The notes under the pieces were generated by a model. That model had not been told where the DNA came from. It saw only the letters and a list, made by a program, of their open reading frames with translations, and searched no databases. 64,000 nt of DNA, from NCBI GenBank assembly GCA_027489955.1, contig JAIXYZ010000004.1, forward strand, positions 160,672 through 224,671. The letters are read 5' to 3'. The position numbers were made by a program, and so were the translations under genes. Positions 10,248 to 20,592 of this stretch are shown piece by piece. The stretch's first letter is position 1; the number at the start of each line of letters is the position of its first letter. Origin of the DNA: Hyphomicrobiales bacterium (GTDB lineage: Bacteria; Pseudomonadota; Alphaproteobacteria; Rhizobiales; Beijerinckiaceae).

Positions 10248-11795
10248 TCAGCCTCGCTGCATGGCCCGCGAGACCTCGCGCCAGTCGATCGCCCGCAGGA
10301 CCGTGGCGAGAATGCCGTAAACGCCGATGCCGAGCAGACAAAGACTGACGAGGGCCGTGGCGCGGGTGACCGTCCCAGCCGCAGGATCGAGCCAGGGCTC
10401 GGCGGCGACGGCCCCCGACGCCACGGCGGCGGCCATGACAGCGCTGGCGACGGCCATTCCACCGCAGCGCAGGCCAAGGCGGATATCCGGCCGCCAGCGC
10501 CCGTCCCGATACAGGAACGCAGCGAGGACAAGCGCCTGGGCGGCAAGACCTGCCGATACGCTCAGGCCCAATGCCAGCGAGCCGCCAGGACCGGCCGCAA
10601 AACCGAGGACCAGCGTGACCGCGATCCCGAGGGCGGCCGCAACGAGAGGCGCGCGTACGTCCTCGGCGGCGAAGGCTGACTGGGCCAGGACCTTGCCGAC
10701 ACACGCCGCCGCCAGACCGGGCGCGAGGCCGGCGAGCATCGCGGCCGTCTCGGTTACGTCCGCCGCACCGAACGCCCCACGACCGAAAAGGACCGAGACG
10801 ATAGGCTGGGCGAGGGCCGCGAGCGCGGCCGCCGACGGCAGGGCCAGGGCCAGCATCGCCTCAAGCGCACGGTTCTGCGCCGCATGGGCCGCGAAGCTGT
10901 CGCCGGCACCGAGACGCGCGGCGATCTCCGGAAGGATGACGATCCCGGCCGCTGCGGACACGAAGCCAAGCGGCATCTGCACGAGCCGCTCGGCATAGTA
11001 GAGCCAGGCAATGGCCCCTGGCGTCTGCGACGCGGCGGCTGTCGCGGCCAGGACAATCAGCTGAGCCGCTCCGGAGGCGGCCATGGCCGGACCGGCACGC
11101 ATCAGGAGGCTGCGCTGCTCGGGTGCTGCCACGTCGCGCCAATGCGGCCACGCCAGGGGAAGACGGCGCATGGCGGGGATCAGACAGGCGAGCTGCACGA
11201 GACCGGCGAGGCTCCAGCTGGCAGCGAAGACCAGACCGTTGGCCACCGGGTCGCCGCCGCGGGCGTAAAGGATCCAGAGGACCGCGATCAACCAGACATT
11301 GACCGCCAGCGGCGCCAGCGCCGCAGCTGCGTAGCGGCGCTCCGCGTTCAGCCAAGCTCCGGCTAGGGAGGCCAGGGTCGCCCCGACGAGGAAGGGCATG
11401 GCGGCGCGCAGATAGCCCATCGCGAGGTCGGGCAGGGACGGATCGCCGCCATGCCCGCCCAGCGCCAGCACGATCCACGGCGCGAGCGCGTGCACGAGCG
11501 CAGCAAGCGCAAGAACCGCGGTGCCGACGCTCGCCAGCGACGCCGAGCCGAAACGACCCGCAGCCTGCGTTCCGGCGAGCGCGAGGCGAGCGTGGATGGG
11601 GACGAAGCCCGCGTTCAGTCCGCCTTCGCCCAGCACCCGTCGCAGCGCGTTCGGGATGCGCAGTGCGAGGAGGAGCGCGTCGGCAACCGGGCCGGCACCG
11701 AACAGCCCCGCCGTCAGCATGTCGCGGACGAATCCGAGAATGCGCGACAGCGCGGCGCAGCCGGCGACGAGGAGGGTTGAGCGGCCGACCGACAC
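10248..11795 (-). CDS. murJ: lipid II flippase MurJ
   Basis: 515-aa polytopic membrane protein with the N-terminus LSRILGFVRDMLTAGLFGAG typical of MurJ/MviN. Confidence 0.9.
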   Translation of the reverse strand: MSVGRSTLLVAGCAALSRILGFVRDMLTAGLFGAGPVADALLLALRIPNALRRVLGEGGLNAGFVPIHARLALAGTQAAGRFGSASLASVGTAVLALAALVHALAPWIVLALGGHGGDPSLPDLAMGYLRAAMPFLVGATLASLAGAWLNAERRYAAAALAPLAVNVWLIAVLWILYARGGDPVANGLVFAASWSLAGLVQLACLIPAMRRLPLAWPHWRDVAAPEQRSLLMRAGPAMAASGAAQLIVLAATAAASQTPGAIAWLYYAERLVQMPLGFVSAAAGIVILPEIAARLGAGDSFAAHAAQNRALEAMLALALPSAAALAALAQPIVSVLFGRGAFGAADVTETAAMLAGLAPGLAAACVGKVLAQSAFAAEDVRAPLVAAALGIAVTLVLGFAAGPGGSLALGLSVSAGLAAQALVLAAFLYRDGRWRPDIRLGLRCGGMAVASAVMAAAVASGAVAAEPWLDPAAGTVTRATALVSLCLLGIGVYGILATVLRAIDWREVSRAMQRG

Positions 11796-11803
11796 CGGCC
11801 GCT

Positions 11804-13117
11804 TCAGAGGATGAAGCGGCTGAGGTCGGCGTTGCGGGCGAGATCGCCGACCTGCGCCTCCACATAGGCCGCGTCGATGGTCAGCGTGTCGCCGGACCGG
11901 TCGGGGGCGTGGAACGAGATGTCGTCCAGGATACGCTCCATTACGGTCTGCAGGCGTCGCGCGCCGATGTTCTCGACGCTGCCGTTCACCTCCACCGCGA
12001 CCCGGGCAATGGCGTCGACCGCGTCATCCGTGAAGGCGAGGGTCACGCCTTCCGTCGCCATCATGGCGACGGACTGCTTGATGAGGCTGGCCTCCGTGTC
12101 GGTCAGGATCCGCCGGAAGTCGTCGATGTCCAGGGACGACAGCTCGACCCGGATGGGCAGGCGGCCCTGCAGCTCCGGCAAGAGGTCGGACGGCTTGGCG
12201 ACGTGGAACGCGCCGGAGGCGATGAACAGGACGTGGTCGGTCTTCACCGGGCCGTGCTTGGTCGCCACCGTCGTGCCCTCGATCAGGGGCAGCAGGTCGC
12301 GCTGCACGCCCTCGCGGGACACGTCGGCCCCGGAGCGTCCCTCCCGGGCGGTGATCTTGTCGATCTCGTCGAGAAAGACGATGCCGTTGTTCTCCACCTG
12401 GCGGATCGCCTCCTGGACGATGGCGTCCTGGTCGATCAGCTTGTCGCTCTCCTCGGCGACGATGGGATCGTACGCGTCGCGAACGCTCATCCGCCGGGGC
12501 TTCGACTGGCGGCCGAACGCCTTGCCGAACATGTCGGACAGGTTGACGGCGCCGATGGAAGCGCCCGGCACGCCGGGCACCTCGAACATGGGCAGCCCGC
12601 CGCCCCCGCCGGACGCGCTCAGCTCGATCTCGATCTCCTTGTCGTCGAGTTCGTTCGCCCGGAGCTTGCGGCGGAAGGCATCGCGGGTGCCGGGGCTCGC
12701 GGTCGGCCCGACGAGGGCGTCGAGGACGCGCTCCTCGGCGGCCAGATGCGCCTTGGCGTGGACCTCCCTGCGGCGGGCGTCGCGCACCAGCCCGATTCCC
12801 ACCTCCACGAGGTCGCGCACGATGGATTCCACGTCGCGGCCCACATAGCCCACCTCGGTGAACTTTGTGGCCTCGACCTTCAGGAAGGGCGCGCCGGCGA
12901 GCTTGGCCAGGCGGCGGGAGATCTCGGTCTTGCCGCAGCCGGTCGGCCCGATCATCAGGATGTTCTTCGGCACGACCTCGTCCTTCAGCGGGCCTTCCAG
13001 CCGCTGCCGGCGCCAGCGGTTGCGCAGGGCGATGGCGACCGCGCGCTTGGCGTCGCGCTGGCCGACGATGAACCTGTCGAGCTCGGAGACGATCTCGCGG
13101 GGAGAGAATTCGGTCAT
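11804..13117 (-). CDS. hslU: ATP-dependent protease ATPase subunit HslU
   Basis: 437 aa beginning [20 protein letters not shown], with Walker [17 protein letters not shown]. Confidence 0.95.
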   Translation of the reverse strand: MTEFSPREIVSELDRFIVGQRDAKRAVAIALRNRWRRQRLEGPLKDEVVPKNILMIGPTGCGKTEISRRLAKLAGAPFLKVEATKFTEVGYVGRDVESIVRDLVEVGIGLVRDARRREVHAKAHLAAEERVLDALVGPTASPGTRDAFRRKLRANELDDKEIEIELSASGGGGGLPMFEVPGVPGASIGAVNLSDMFGKAFGRQSKPRRMSVRDAYDPIVAEESDKLIDQDAIVQEAIRQVENNGIVFLDEIDKITAREGRSGADVSREGVQRDLLPLIEGTTVATKHGPVKTDHVLFIASGAFHVAKPSDLLPELQGRLPIRVELSSLDIDDFRRILTDTEASLIKQSVAMMATEGVTLAFTDDAVDAIARVAVEVNGSVENIGARRLQTVMERILDDISFHAPDRSGDTLTIDAAYVEAQVGDLARNADLSRFIL

Positions 13118-13211
13118 GGCAGGTCTTCTGTCGCGTGACGGGGCATGAGGAGCGGTCGAAAGGGCAGCCGGCGAACCCTAGGGCACGATGAGCGCAGGCG
13201 ATGGCGGCGGC

Positions 13212-13778
13212 TCACCTGGCCGCATCGAGGGCCTCGATGGTCAGGTTGCCGTTGGTGTAGACGCAGATCTCGGCGGCGATCTCCAGCGACCGGCGCACGA
13301 TGTCCTGCGCATCCATGTCGGGCCGGTCTATGAGCGCACGGGCTGCGGCCAGGGCGTAATTGCCGCCCGACCCGATCGCCATGACGGCCCCGTGCTCCGA
13401 CGCCTCGGGCTCCAGCACGTCGCCGGTGCCCGACAGGAGCAGGCTCACCTCCCTGTCGGCGACCAGCATCATGGCCTCGAGCCGTCGCAGGTAGCGGTCG
13501 GTGCGCCAGTCCTTCGCGAGCTCGACGCAGGCGCGGGCGAGCTGGGAGGGGTGCTGCTCCAGCTTGGCCTCCAGACGCTCGAACAGCGTGAAGGCGTCAG
13601 CCGTGGCGCCGGCAAAGCCGCCGATCACCGCGCCCTTGGCGAGGCGCCGGACCTTCTTCGCGTTGCCCTTCACCACGGTCTGGCCCAGGGACACCTGGCC
13701 GTCGCCGCCGATGACGACGCGGCCGGCCTTGCGGACCATGACGATGGTGGTGCCGTGGAATGTCTGTGCGTCGCTCAT
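13212..13778 (-). CDS. hslV: ATP-dependent protease subunit HslV
   Basis: [17 protein letters not shown]... carries the N-terminal Thr nucleophile context. The start was moved to the ATG at 13778; the ORF track extends to 13811. Confidence 0.92.
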   Translation of the reverse strand: MSDAQTFHGTTIVMVRKAGRVVIGGDGQVSLGQTVVKGNAKKVRRLAKGAVIGGFAGATADAFTLFERLEAKLEQHPSQLARACVELAKDWRTDRYLRRLEAMMLVADREVSLLLSGTGDVLEPEASEHGAVMAIGSGGNYALAAARALIDRPDMDAQDIVRRSLEIAAEICVYTNGNLTIEALDAAR

Positions 13779-13786
13779 GGGGTCCC

Positions 13787-13809
13787 GTGCCGGAAGATCG
13801 GTCCGGCAC
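13787..13809 (-). promoter_or_regulatory. perfect 8-bp inverted repeat (GTGCCGGA-N7-TCCGGCAC) in the hslV leader
   Basis: Read directly from the sequence. It lies 9-31 nt upstream of the hslV ATG. The function is unknown (operator or 5'-UTR hairpin). Confidence 0.4.
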
Positions 13810-13928
13810 ACTTAATCATCGCGCGCCGAATGACAAAGGCGGTGGTGGCGTTCGGCCACGCCCCTTGCTAGAAGCGCCCGCGGCGGCGCGGCCCATCCGG
13901 CCCGCGCCCTCTTCAGGAGCGAGCGGCA

Positions 13929-14516
13929 ATGCGCGTCGGACAGATCGACCGCAAGACGGCGGAGACGGCGATCGCCGTCAAGGTGAACCTGGACGGCGAG
14001 GGCAAGGCCTCCATCGCCACCGGGATCGGCTTCTTCGACCATATGCTGGACCTGTTCGCCCGCCATTCGCTGATCGATCTCGAGGTGAAGGTCGACGGCG
14101 ACCTGCATGTCGACTTCCACCATTCGGTGGAGGATGCCGGCATCGCGCTCGGACAGGCGATCTCGCGCGCGCTCGGCGACAAGAAGGGCATCGCCCGCTA
14201 CGCAGACCTCCACCTGCCCATGGACGAGACGCTGACGCGTGTCTGCGTGGACGTGTCCGGCCGGCCCTTCCTGGTGTTCCGGACCGAGTTCCCGACGCCG
14301 AAGATCGGCGAGTTCGACACCGAACTCGTGCGCGAGTTCTTCCAGGCCTTCGCGATCCAGGCCGGGCTGACCCTGCACGTGGAGACGCTGTACGGCGTCA
14401 ACAGCCACCATATCGCCGAGAGCTGCTTCAAGGGCCTGGCCCGGGCGCTGCGGGCGGCGCTGGCCGTCGACCCGCGCGAGGGCGGGCGCGTGCCGTCCAC
14501 CAAGGGCGCCCTGTGA
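13929..14516 (+). CDS. hisB: imidazoleglycerol-phosphate dehydratase
   Basis: 195 aa with [16 protein letters not shown] and other IGPD signature blocks. Confidence 0.93.
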   Translation: MRVGQIDRKTAETAIAVKVNLDGEGKASIATGIGFFDHMLDLFARHSLIDLEVKVDGDLHVDFHHSVEDAGIALGQAISRALGDKKGIARYADLHLPMDETLTRVCVDVSGRPFLVFRTEFPTPKIGEFDTELVREFFQAFAIQAGLTLHVETLYGVNSHHIAESCFKGLARALRAALAVDPREGGRVPSTKGAL

Positions 14517-14558
14517 CGGGCGCCGATCGCGGCGCCCCCTGAAAGGCGGAGGCATCTC

Positions 14559-15068
14559 ATGCCGAGCTATATCGTCCATGTCCGGGCCGACGGCCCGGCC
14601 GACCGACCGGCATTCGACGATGCCGTCCTGGTGAAGGACGGCTTCTCGGTGCCCGCCTTCGCGCTCACCTTCCTCTGGGCGCTGTGGCACCGGATGTGGC
14701 TGGTGGCGCTGGCCGTCCTCGTGATCGATGCGGCGCTCGTTGCCGCCTTGAGCCTGCTGGGCGTCCACCCGGCCGCGGCCCTGGCGGTGGAATTCGCCAT
14801 CTCGCTCGCGTTCGGCCTGGAAGCGGCGGCCATCCGCGGCTGGCACCTGACCCGCAAGGGCCGGCCGGCGGCGTTCGTGGTGGTCGCCGACGACGAACGC
14901 GGCGCCGAGGACAAGGCCGCCCTGGTCTGGAGCCGTTCGGCCGGGGCCAGAGCGTCCGCCGCGCCCGTCTGGCGGACGCCCGCGGCCCGCGCCGGTGCGC
15001 CCGCTGCGGTTCCGGCCGCAGGCGGCCCCGTGCTCGGCCTGTTTCCCGATCCGGAGAGGCGCCCGTGA
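14559..15068 (+). CDS. DUF2628-like small membrane protein embedded in the his operon
   Basis: 169 aa with two hydrophobic helices ([23 protein letters not shown]...). It has a GTGA overlap with hisH. The same hisB-X-hisH arrangement occurs in other Rhizobiales. Confidence 0.7.
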   Translation: MPSYIVHVRADGPADRPAFDDAVLVKDGFSVPAFALTFLWALWHRMWLVALAVLVIDAALVAALSLLGVHPAAALAVEFAISLAFGLEAAAIRGWHLTRKGRPAAFVVVADDERGAEDKAALVWSRSAGARASAAPVWRTPAARAGAPAAVPAAGGPVLGLFPDPERRP

Positions 15069-15715
15069 CCGTCGCCATCATCGATTACGGCTCCGGCAAC
15101 CTGCACTCGGCCCAGAAGGCCTTCGAGCGGGCGGCGCGGGAGAGCGGCCATGCGGCGGAGATCGTCGTGACCGCCGATCCCGACCTCGTGCGCCGGGCCG
15201 AGCGGATCGTCCTGCCCGGCGTCGGCGCCTTCGCCGATTGCCGCAGGGGGCTGGATGCCGTGCCGGGCATGGTGGACGCGCTGACCGAGGCGGTCCGCCG
15301 CGACGGCAAGCCGTTTCTGGGGATCTGCGTCGGCATGCAGCTCATGGCGACGCGCGGTCTGGAATACCGCACGACGCCGGGCCTCGACTGGATCCACGGC
15401 GACGTGGCGCTGATCCGCCCCCATGACGGCTCGCTGAAGATCCCGCATATGGGCTGGAACAACCTGCATCCGCAGGCCGAGCATCCGCTGATCGCCGACA
15501 TCCCGCTCGGACCCTCGGGCCAGAACGCCTATTTCGTGCATTCCTACGCCCTCACCCCCGCCGATCCGCAGGACGTGCTGGCGCTGACGGACTATGGCGG
15601 ACCGGTGACGGCGATCGTGGCGCGGGACAACATGGCCGGCACCCAGTTCCACCCGGAGAAGAGCCAAAAGCTGGGGCTGAAGCTGATCGGCAATTTCCTG
15701 GGATGGCGGCCGTGA
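15065..15715 (+). CDS. hisH: imidazole glycerol phosphate synthase, glutamine amidotransferase subunit
   Basis: [20 protein letters not shown]..., with the catalytic Cys in GICVGMQL. The GTG start at 15065 was chosen; the ORF-track frame extends upstream as an artefact. Confidence 0.9.
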   Translation: MTVAIIDYGSGNLHSAQKAFERAARESGHAAEIVVTADPDLVRRAERIVLPGVGAFADCRRGLDAVPGMVDALTEAVRRDGKPFLGICVGMQLMATRGLEYRTTPGLDWIHGDVALIRPHDGSLKIPHMGWNNLHPQAEHPLIADIPLGPSGQNAYFVHSYALTPADPQDVLALTDYGGPVTAIVARDNMAGTQFHPEKSQKLGLKLIGNFLGWRP

Positions 15716-16464
15716 TCCTGTTTCCTGCGATCGACCTCAAGGAAGGCCGCTGCGTGCGCCTGGTGCGCGGCGACATGGCCCAGGCGACCGTCTTCAACGA
15801 CGATCCCGGGGCGCAGGCGGCCGCCTTCTTCGCGCAAGGGTTCACGCACCTGCACGTGGTCGACCTCGACGGCGCCTTCGCCGGCAAGCCGATGAACGCG
15901 GCCGCCGTGGACGCGATCCTGAAGGCGGTGCCGCGCATGCCGGTCCAGCTCGGGGGCGGCATCCGCGACATGGCGACGGTGGAGGGCTGGCTCGCCAAGG
16001 GCGTCGCCCGGGTCATCATCGGGACGGCCGCCGTGCGCGAGCCGGACTTCGTCAGGGCCGCCGCGAAGGCCTTTCCGGGCCGCATCGTGGTCGGCATCGA
16101 CGCGCGCGACGGGATGGTGGCCGTGGAAGGCTGGGCGGAGACCTCGAGCCTGAGCGCCCACGACCTCGCCGACCGGTTCGCCGACGCGGGCGTCGCCGCC
16201 ATCGTCTATACCGACATCGCCCGCGACGGCGTGCTGGCCGGCGTCAACTGGCCGATGACGGCGGCGCTGGCCGACCGCTCGCCGATCCCGGTCATCGCGT
16301 CCGGGGGCCTGGCCTCCCTCGCCGACATCGAGGAGATGGTGCGGCTCAGCCACCCGCGCATCGAGGGCGCGATCTCGGGCCGGGCACTCTATGACGGGCG
16401 CATCGACCCGGCGGCGGCGCTGGCGACGATCGCCGGCGCGGCCCGGCAGGAGGGAGCGGCCTGA
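15703..16464 (+). CDS. hisA: 1-(5-phosphoribosyl)-5-[(5-phosphoribosylamino)methylideneamino]imidazole-4-carboxamide isomerase
   Basis: 253 aa beginning [20 protein letters not shown], typical of HisA. Confidence 0.92.
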   Translation: MAAVILFPAIDLKEGRCVRLVRGDMAQATVFNDDPGAQAAAFFAQGFTHLHVVDLDGAFAGKPMNAAAVDAILKAVPRMPVQLGGGIRDMATVEGWLAKGVARVIIGTAAVREPDFVRAAAKAFPGRIVVGIDARDGMVAVEGWAETSSLSAHDLADRFADAGVAAIVYTDIARDGVLAGVNWPMTAALADRSPIPVIASGGLASLADIEEMVRLSHPRIEGAISGRALYDGRIDPAAALATIAGAARQEGAA

Positions 16465-17234
16465 TGCTCAAGATCCGCGTCATCCCCTGCCTCGACGTCA
16501 AGGACGGCCGCGTCGTCAAGGGCGTGCAGTTCGCCGACCTGGTGGACGCCGGCGACCCGGTGGAGGCCGCCAAGGCCTATGACGCCGCGGGCGCCGACGA
16601 GCTCACCTTCCTCGACATCACCGCGAGCCACGAGGAGCGGGGCACGCTCCTCGATGTCGTCCAGCGGACGGCCGAGGCCTGCTTCATGCCGCTGACGGTC
16701 GGCGGGGGCGTGCGGACCGTGGACGACATCCGCCGGCTGCTGCTGGCGGGAGCGGACAAGGTCTCCATCAACACCGCCGCCGTCACCCGCCGGGCCTTCG
16801 TGCGGGAAGCCGCCGAGAAGTTCGGCGACCAGTGCATCGTCGTCGCCATCGACGCCAAGAAGGTCTCGTCGGGCTATCCCGAGAAATGGGAGATCTTCAC
16901 CCATGGCGGGCGCAACCCGACCGGGATCGACGCGGTCGACTATGCCCGCGAGGTCGTGTCGCTGGGCGCGGGCGAGTTGCTCGTGACCTCCATGGACAAG
17001 GACGGCACCAAGTCCGGCTACGACATCGCGCTGATGCGCACGATCTCCGACGCGGTCTCGGTGCCGGTCGTCGCCTCCGGCGGGGTCGGCTCGCTGGACG
17101 ACCTGGTGGCGGGCGTGCGCGACGGCCATGCCAGCGCCGTGCTCGCCGCCTCGATCTTCCATTTCGGGACCTATACGGTCGCCGAGGCGAAGGCCCACAT
17201 GGCCGCCGCCGGCCTGCCGATGCGGATGGACTGA
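16464..17234 (+). CDS. hisF: imidazole glycerol phosphate synthase, cyclase subunit
   Basis: 256 aa beginning [23 protein letters not shown], typical of HisF. Confidence 0.95.
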   Translation: MLKIRVIPCLDVKDGRVVKGVQFADLVDAGDPVEAAKAYDAAGADELTFLDITASHEERGTLLDVVQRTAEACFMPLTVGGGVRTVDDIRRLLLAGADKVSINTAAVTRRAFVREAAEKFGDQCIVVAIDAKKVSSGYPEKWEIFTHGGRNPTGIDAVDYAREVVSLGAGELLVTSMDKDGTKSGYDIALMRTISDAVSVPVVASGGVGSLDDLVAGVRDGHASAVLAASIFHFGTYTVAEAKAHMAAAGLPMRMD

Positions 17235-17236
17235 CG

Positions 17237-17557
17237 ATGGGCTCCTTCACGCTTGCCGATCTCGCTACGATCGTCGCCGAGCGGGCGAACGCCTCCCCGG
17301 CGGAGAGCTACACCGCGAAGCTCCTGGCCGACGGCATGCCGCGGGCGGCCAAGAAGCTCGGCGAGGAAGCGACCGAGACCGTCATCGCCGCCGTGGCGGG
17401 CACGGGGGCGGAGGTCACGTCCGAGGCAGCGGACCTGCTCTATCACCTAATGGTCGTGCTCCACGGGCGCGGCATTCCGTTGCAGGATGTGCTCGACGAG
17501 CTGCAACGCCGCACCGGCCGCAGCGGCCTGGACGAGAAGGCCTCGCGCCCGCGCTGA
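17237..17557 (+). CDS. hisE: phosphoribosyl-ATP pyrophosphatase
   Basis: 106 aa from the ATG at 17237: [30 protein letters not shown]...[13 protein letters not shown]. This is the downstream part of a longer track ORF. Confidence 0.88.
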   Translation: MGSFTLADLATIVAERANASPAESYTAKLLADGMPRAAKKLGEEATETVIAAVAGTGAEVTSEAADLLYHLMVVLHGRGIPLQDVLDELQRRTGRSGLDEKASRPR

Positions 17558-17572
17558 CGCGCCGGCCGGGCC

Positions 17573-18553
17573 GTGATGGACATGATCGGAGCGGGGATGG
17601 ACCAGCGCGTCGAGGACGGCCTCGCCCCGTACAGGATTTTCACGCGCGCGGAATGGGCTTCCCTGCGCGCCGACACGCCGCTGACGCTCACCGCGCAGGA
17701 GGTGGGCCGGCTGCAATCGCTCAACGACCCGATCTCGCTCGAGGAGGTCGTGGCGATCTACCTGCCGCTGTCGCGCCTGCTCTCGCTCTACGTCGCCGCC
17801 ACGCAGGGCCTGTTCAAGGCGACCCAGCGCTTCCTGCTCGCCGAGAACGAGACCAAGACGCCGTACATCATCGGGGTCGCGGGGTCTGTGGCCGTCGGCA
17901 AGTCGACGACCGCCCGCGTCCTCCAGGCGCTGCTCGCGCGCTGGCCCAACACGCCCAAGGTGGAACTGGTCACCACCGACGGGTTTCTGTGGCCCAACGC
18001 GGACCTGGAGCGTCAGGGCCTGATGGAGCGCAAGGGGTTCCCCGAAAGCTACGACACGAACGCGCTGCTGCGCTTCCTGTCGGACATCAAGGCCGGGCGG
18101 CGGCATGTGCGCGCGCCGGTCTATTCCCACCTCACCTACGACGTGGTGCCGGGGGAGAGCATCGAGGTGGACCAGCCGGACATCCTGATCGTGGAGGGGC
18201 TCAACGTGCTCCAGCCCGCGCGCCTGCCCAAGGACGGCGCAGCGATCCCGTTCGTCTCCGACTTCTTCGACTTCTCGGTCTATCTCGATGCCGAGGAGGA
18301 TCCGCTCCACGACTGGTACATCCGGCGCTTTATGCGGTTGCGGGAGACCGCCTTCCGCGATCCGCGCTCGTTCTTCCGCAAATATGCCGACGTGTCGGAA
18401 GCCGAGGCGCTGCAGACCGCAGAGCGCCTGTGGAGCCGGATCAACCTGGTGAACCTGCGCGAGAACATCGTCCCGACGCGGCGCCGGGCGAGCCTGATCC
18501 TGCAGAAGGGCGACAGCCATCGCATCGAGCAGGTCGCGCTCAGGCGGCTGTGA
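17573..18553 (+). CDS. coaA: type I pantothenate kinase
   Basis: 326 aa with P-loop [17 protein letters not shown]. Confidence 0.92.
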   Translation: MMDMIGAGMDQRVEDGLAPYRIFTRAEWASLRADTPLTLTAQEVGRLQSLNDPISLEEVVAIYLPLSRLLSLYVAATQGLFKATQRFLLAENETKTPYIIGVAGSVAVGKSTTARVLQALLARWPNTPKVELVTTDGFLWPNADLERQGLMERKGFPESYDTNALLRFLSDIKAGRRHVRAPVYSHLTYDVVPGESIEVDQPDILIVEGLNVLQPARLPKDGAAIPFVSDFFDFSVYLDAEEDPLHDWYIRRFMRLRETAFRDPRSFFRKYADVSEAEALQTAERLWSRINLVNLRENIVPTRRRASLILQKGDSHRIEQVALRRL

Positions 18554-18556
18554 CGG

Positions 18557-18847
18557 CTAGAGGTTTCGTTCCACGTCCATCGCGCGATGAAGAATGCGGA
18601 CGACCACGATCCCGCCGTCGTCGGCAATCCGGAAGAACAGCACATGCGATCCGACCGCGAGCTTTCGGTAGCCTGACCGGATGTCGACGGGACGGCTCGG
18701 GCGGACGCCTTTCGCCAGGTCTAAGCAGGCGTCCCGTATCGCGGTGAGGTAAAGCTCCGCCTGGTCAGCACCCCAATGGCGGGCCGTGTAATCCCAGATT
18801 CCGTCGAGATCGGCCTGCGCGGCGGGCGCCAGGGCCAGGCGGTTCAT
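18557..18847 (-). CDS. parE: type II toxin-antitoxin system toxin, RelE/ParE family
   Basis: 96 aa with ParE-like blocks (ADLDGIWDYTARHWG..., HVLFFRI...IVVVRILHRAMD). It has a 4-nt overlap with the upstream antitoxin. Confidence 0.85.
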   Translation of the reverse strand: MNRLALAPAAQADLDGIWDYTARHWGADQAELYLTAIRDACLDLAKGVRPSRPVDIRSGYRKLAVGSHVLFFRIADDGGIVVVRILHRAMDVERNL

Positions 18848-19092
18848 GCTGCGCCAGGCGCCTTGCGCTTGCGGGCGATGAACGCATCGAAATCGAACGG
18901 CTCCGGCTCGCCCGAGCGCTCGCCGGCAATCAGCGCGTCCTGAAGCGCCCGGACTTTCGCTTCGTGCTCTTCCAGCATGCGCAATCCGGCCCGGACGACG
19001 TCGCTCGCCGAATTATAGCGACCGCTCTGGACCTGACCGTCGATGAAAGCCGCGAAGTGATCGCCCAGGCTGACCGATGTGTTGCGTGCCAT
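18844..19092 (-). CDS. parD: type II toxin-antitoxin system antitoxin, ParD (RHH) family
   Basis: 82 aa from the ATG at 19092: MARNTSVSLGDHFAAFIDGQVQSGRYNSASDVVRAGLRMLEE..., a canonical ParD/COG3609 N-terminus. Confidence 0.85.
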   Translation of the reverse strand: MARNTSVSLGDHFAAFIDGQVQSGRYNSASDVVRAGLRMLEEHEAKVRALQDALIAGERSGEPEPFDFDAFIARKRKAPGAA

Positions 19093-19101
19093 TGCCGCTC
19101 C

Positions 19102-19120
19102 TGTACCAGGAATTGGTACA
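19102..19120. promoter_or_regulatory. candidate parDE operator (7-bp inverted repeat TGTACCA-N5-TGGTACA)
   Basis: A perfect palindrome arm pair read directly, 10-28 bp upstream of the parD ATG. Type II antitoxins usually autoregulate through such palindromes. Confidence 0.5.
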
Positions 19121-19150
19121 CCAGATCGGGCAGGGAGTCGACCCCGCCCG

Positions 19151-20155
19151 TCAGGCGAGCCCGACCTCCGCCGCGAGGTCCGACAGGCGCCGTTCCGGAC
19201 GGGCGCCCACGTGCTGGATGATCTCGGCCGCCGCAAGCGCGCCCAGGCGCAGGCAATCCGCCAGCTCCCGCTCCCGCGACAGGCCGAACAGGAAGCCTGA
19301 GGCGAACAGGTCGCCCGCGCCGGTCGTGTCCACCAGCCGGTCGATGGGGAAGACCGGGGCGGAGACGGTGCGCTCGCGCGTCACGGCCAGTGCGTCCTGT
19401 TCCGAGCGCGTGACGGCGGCTAGGAAGCCGGCGGCCGTGGTCTCCGACTGGAGCGCCGCGAGCGCCGTGTCGAAATCGGCGGTCTGGTAGAGGCTCTTCA
19501 GCTCGTGCTCGTTGGCGAAGAGGATGTCGACGAGGCCTTCCCGGACGAGGCCGAGGAATTCGTCGCGGTAACGATCGACGCAGAAGGAGTCGGAGAGGGT
19601 CAGCGCGACCCGGCCGCCGGAGCGATGGGCGAGGCCCGCTGCCTTGCGGAAGGCCAGCTTCGCCGCCGGCGGATCCCACAGATAGCCTTCCAGATAGGTG
19701 ATCCCGGCCGCCTCCACCGCGACAGCGTCGATATCGGCCTCCGTCAGGTTCTGGCAGGCGCCGAGATAGGTGTTCATCGTCCGCTCGCCGTCCGGCGTCA
19801 CGAAGATGAAGGAACGCGCCGTCGCCGGGCCCTCGGTCGCCGGGGCGGTCTCGAAGGTCACGCCCGCGGCCCGGATGTCGTGGCGGTAGAGCCGGCCGAG
19901 ATCGTCGTCGCGCACCTTGCCGAAGAAGGCCGCGCGGCCGCCGAGGGAGGCGAGGCCCGCAGCGGTGTTTCCGGCCGAACCGCCGGAGATCACCGAAGTC
20001 GGCCCCATCGCGGCGAAGAGATAGTCCGCCCGCTCCTCGTCGATGAGCATCATGGCGCCCTTGGCCAGGCCGTGGGCGGCGAGCACGTCCTCTTCCGCGT
20101 GGGTGATGACATCGACGATCGCGTTGCCGATGCAGAGAACGTCCGTCTGGTTCAT
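19151..20155 (-). CDS. adenosine kinase / PfkB-family carbohydrate kinase
   Basis: MNQTDVLCIGNAIVDV... with the C-terminal PfkB signature DTTGAGDLFASGFL. The start was set at the ATG at 20155; the track ORF extends to 20224. Confidence 0.8.
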   Translation of the reverse strand: MNQTDVLCIGNAIVDVITHAEEDVLAAHGLAKGAMMLIDEERADYLFAAMGPTSVISGGSAGNTAAGLASLGGRAAFFGKVRDDDLGRLYRHDIRAAGVTFETAPATEGPATARSFIFVTPDGERTMNTYLGACQNLTEADIDAVAVEAAGITYLEGYLWDPPAAKLAFRKAAGLAHRSGGRVALTLSDSFCVDRYRDEFLGLVREGLVDILFANEHELKSLYQTADFDTALAALQSETTAAGFLAAVTRSEQDALAVTRERTVSAPVFPIDRLVDTTGAGDLFASGFLFGLSRERELADCLRLGALAAAEIIQHVGARPERRLSDLAAEVGLA

Positions 20156-20220
20156 GGAAGGGTCGATCCTGGATGGGGCTGTGGGCGGGTCCCGGCCTGT
20201 CGCATCGCGGTCGCCGGGCG

Positions 20221-20592
20221 TCAAGCGCGGCGGCGCTTGCCGGCCCGGTCGAGGACGGCCTGGAGCTTTGCGATCGTTTCGGCATCCAGCGCCCCGATCT
20301 CCCGCGACAGGCGGTTGGCGAAGGCCGTGGCGGCCGGGTCCAGGCCCGCCGTGTCGAGGACCGCGCGGGGATCGGACATGTCGGCGAGGCGGTGGAGCTC
20401 GTCGGCTTCGTCCCAGATCACGTTGAAATATCCGATGACCGCCTGGACGAACGCCCAGGCCGGCTTCCCGCGCCGGCCATGCTCCAGCGCCGACAGATAG
20501 GCGCTGGAGACGCCGAGCGCCTCGGCCATCTCGCGCATCGTGATGCCGCGCTCGGCGCGCATCTGCCGCATGCGCACGCCGAACGGGGTCAT
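20221..20592 (-). CDS. XRE-family helix-turn-helix protein
   Basis: 123 aa: [44 protein letters not shown].... It has an ATGA overlap with the smr stop. It is hidden in the track as the tail of a 295-aa artefactual ORF. Confidence 0.75.
   Translation of the reverse strand: MTPFGVRMRQMRAERGITMREMAEALGVSSAYLSALEHGRRGKPAWAFVQAVIGYFNVIWDEADELHRLADMSDPRAVLDTAGLDPAATAFANRLSREIGALDAETIAKLQAVLDRAGKRRRA

Noticed and set aside
18567-18582. A half-parS-like sequence CGTTCCACGTCCATCG at the 3' end of parE.
   Set aside because: Only the left arm matches (about 10/16) and the right arm is unrelated. This is below any plausible ParB-binding threshold.
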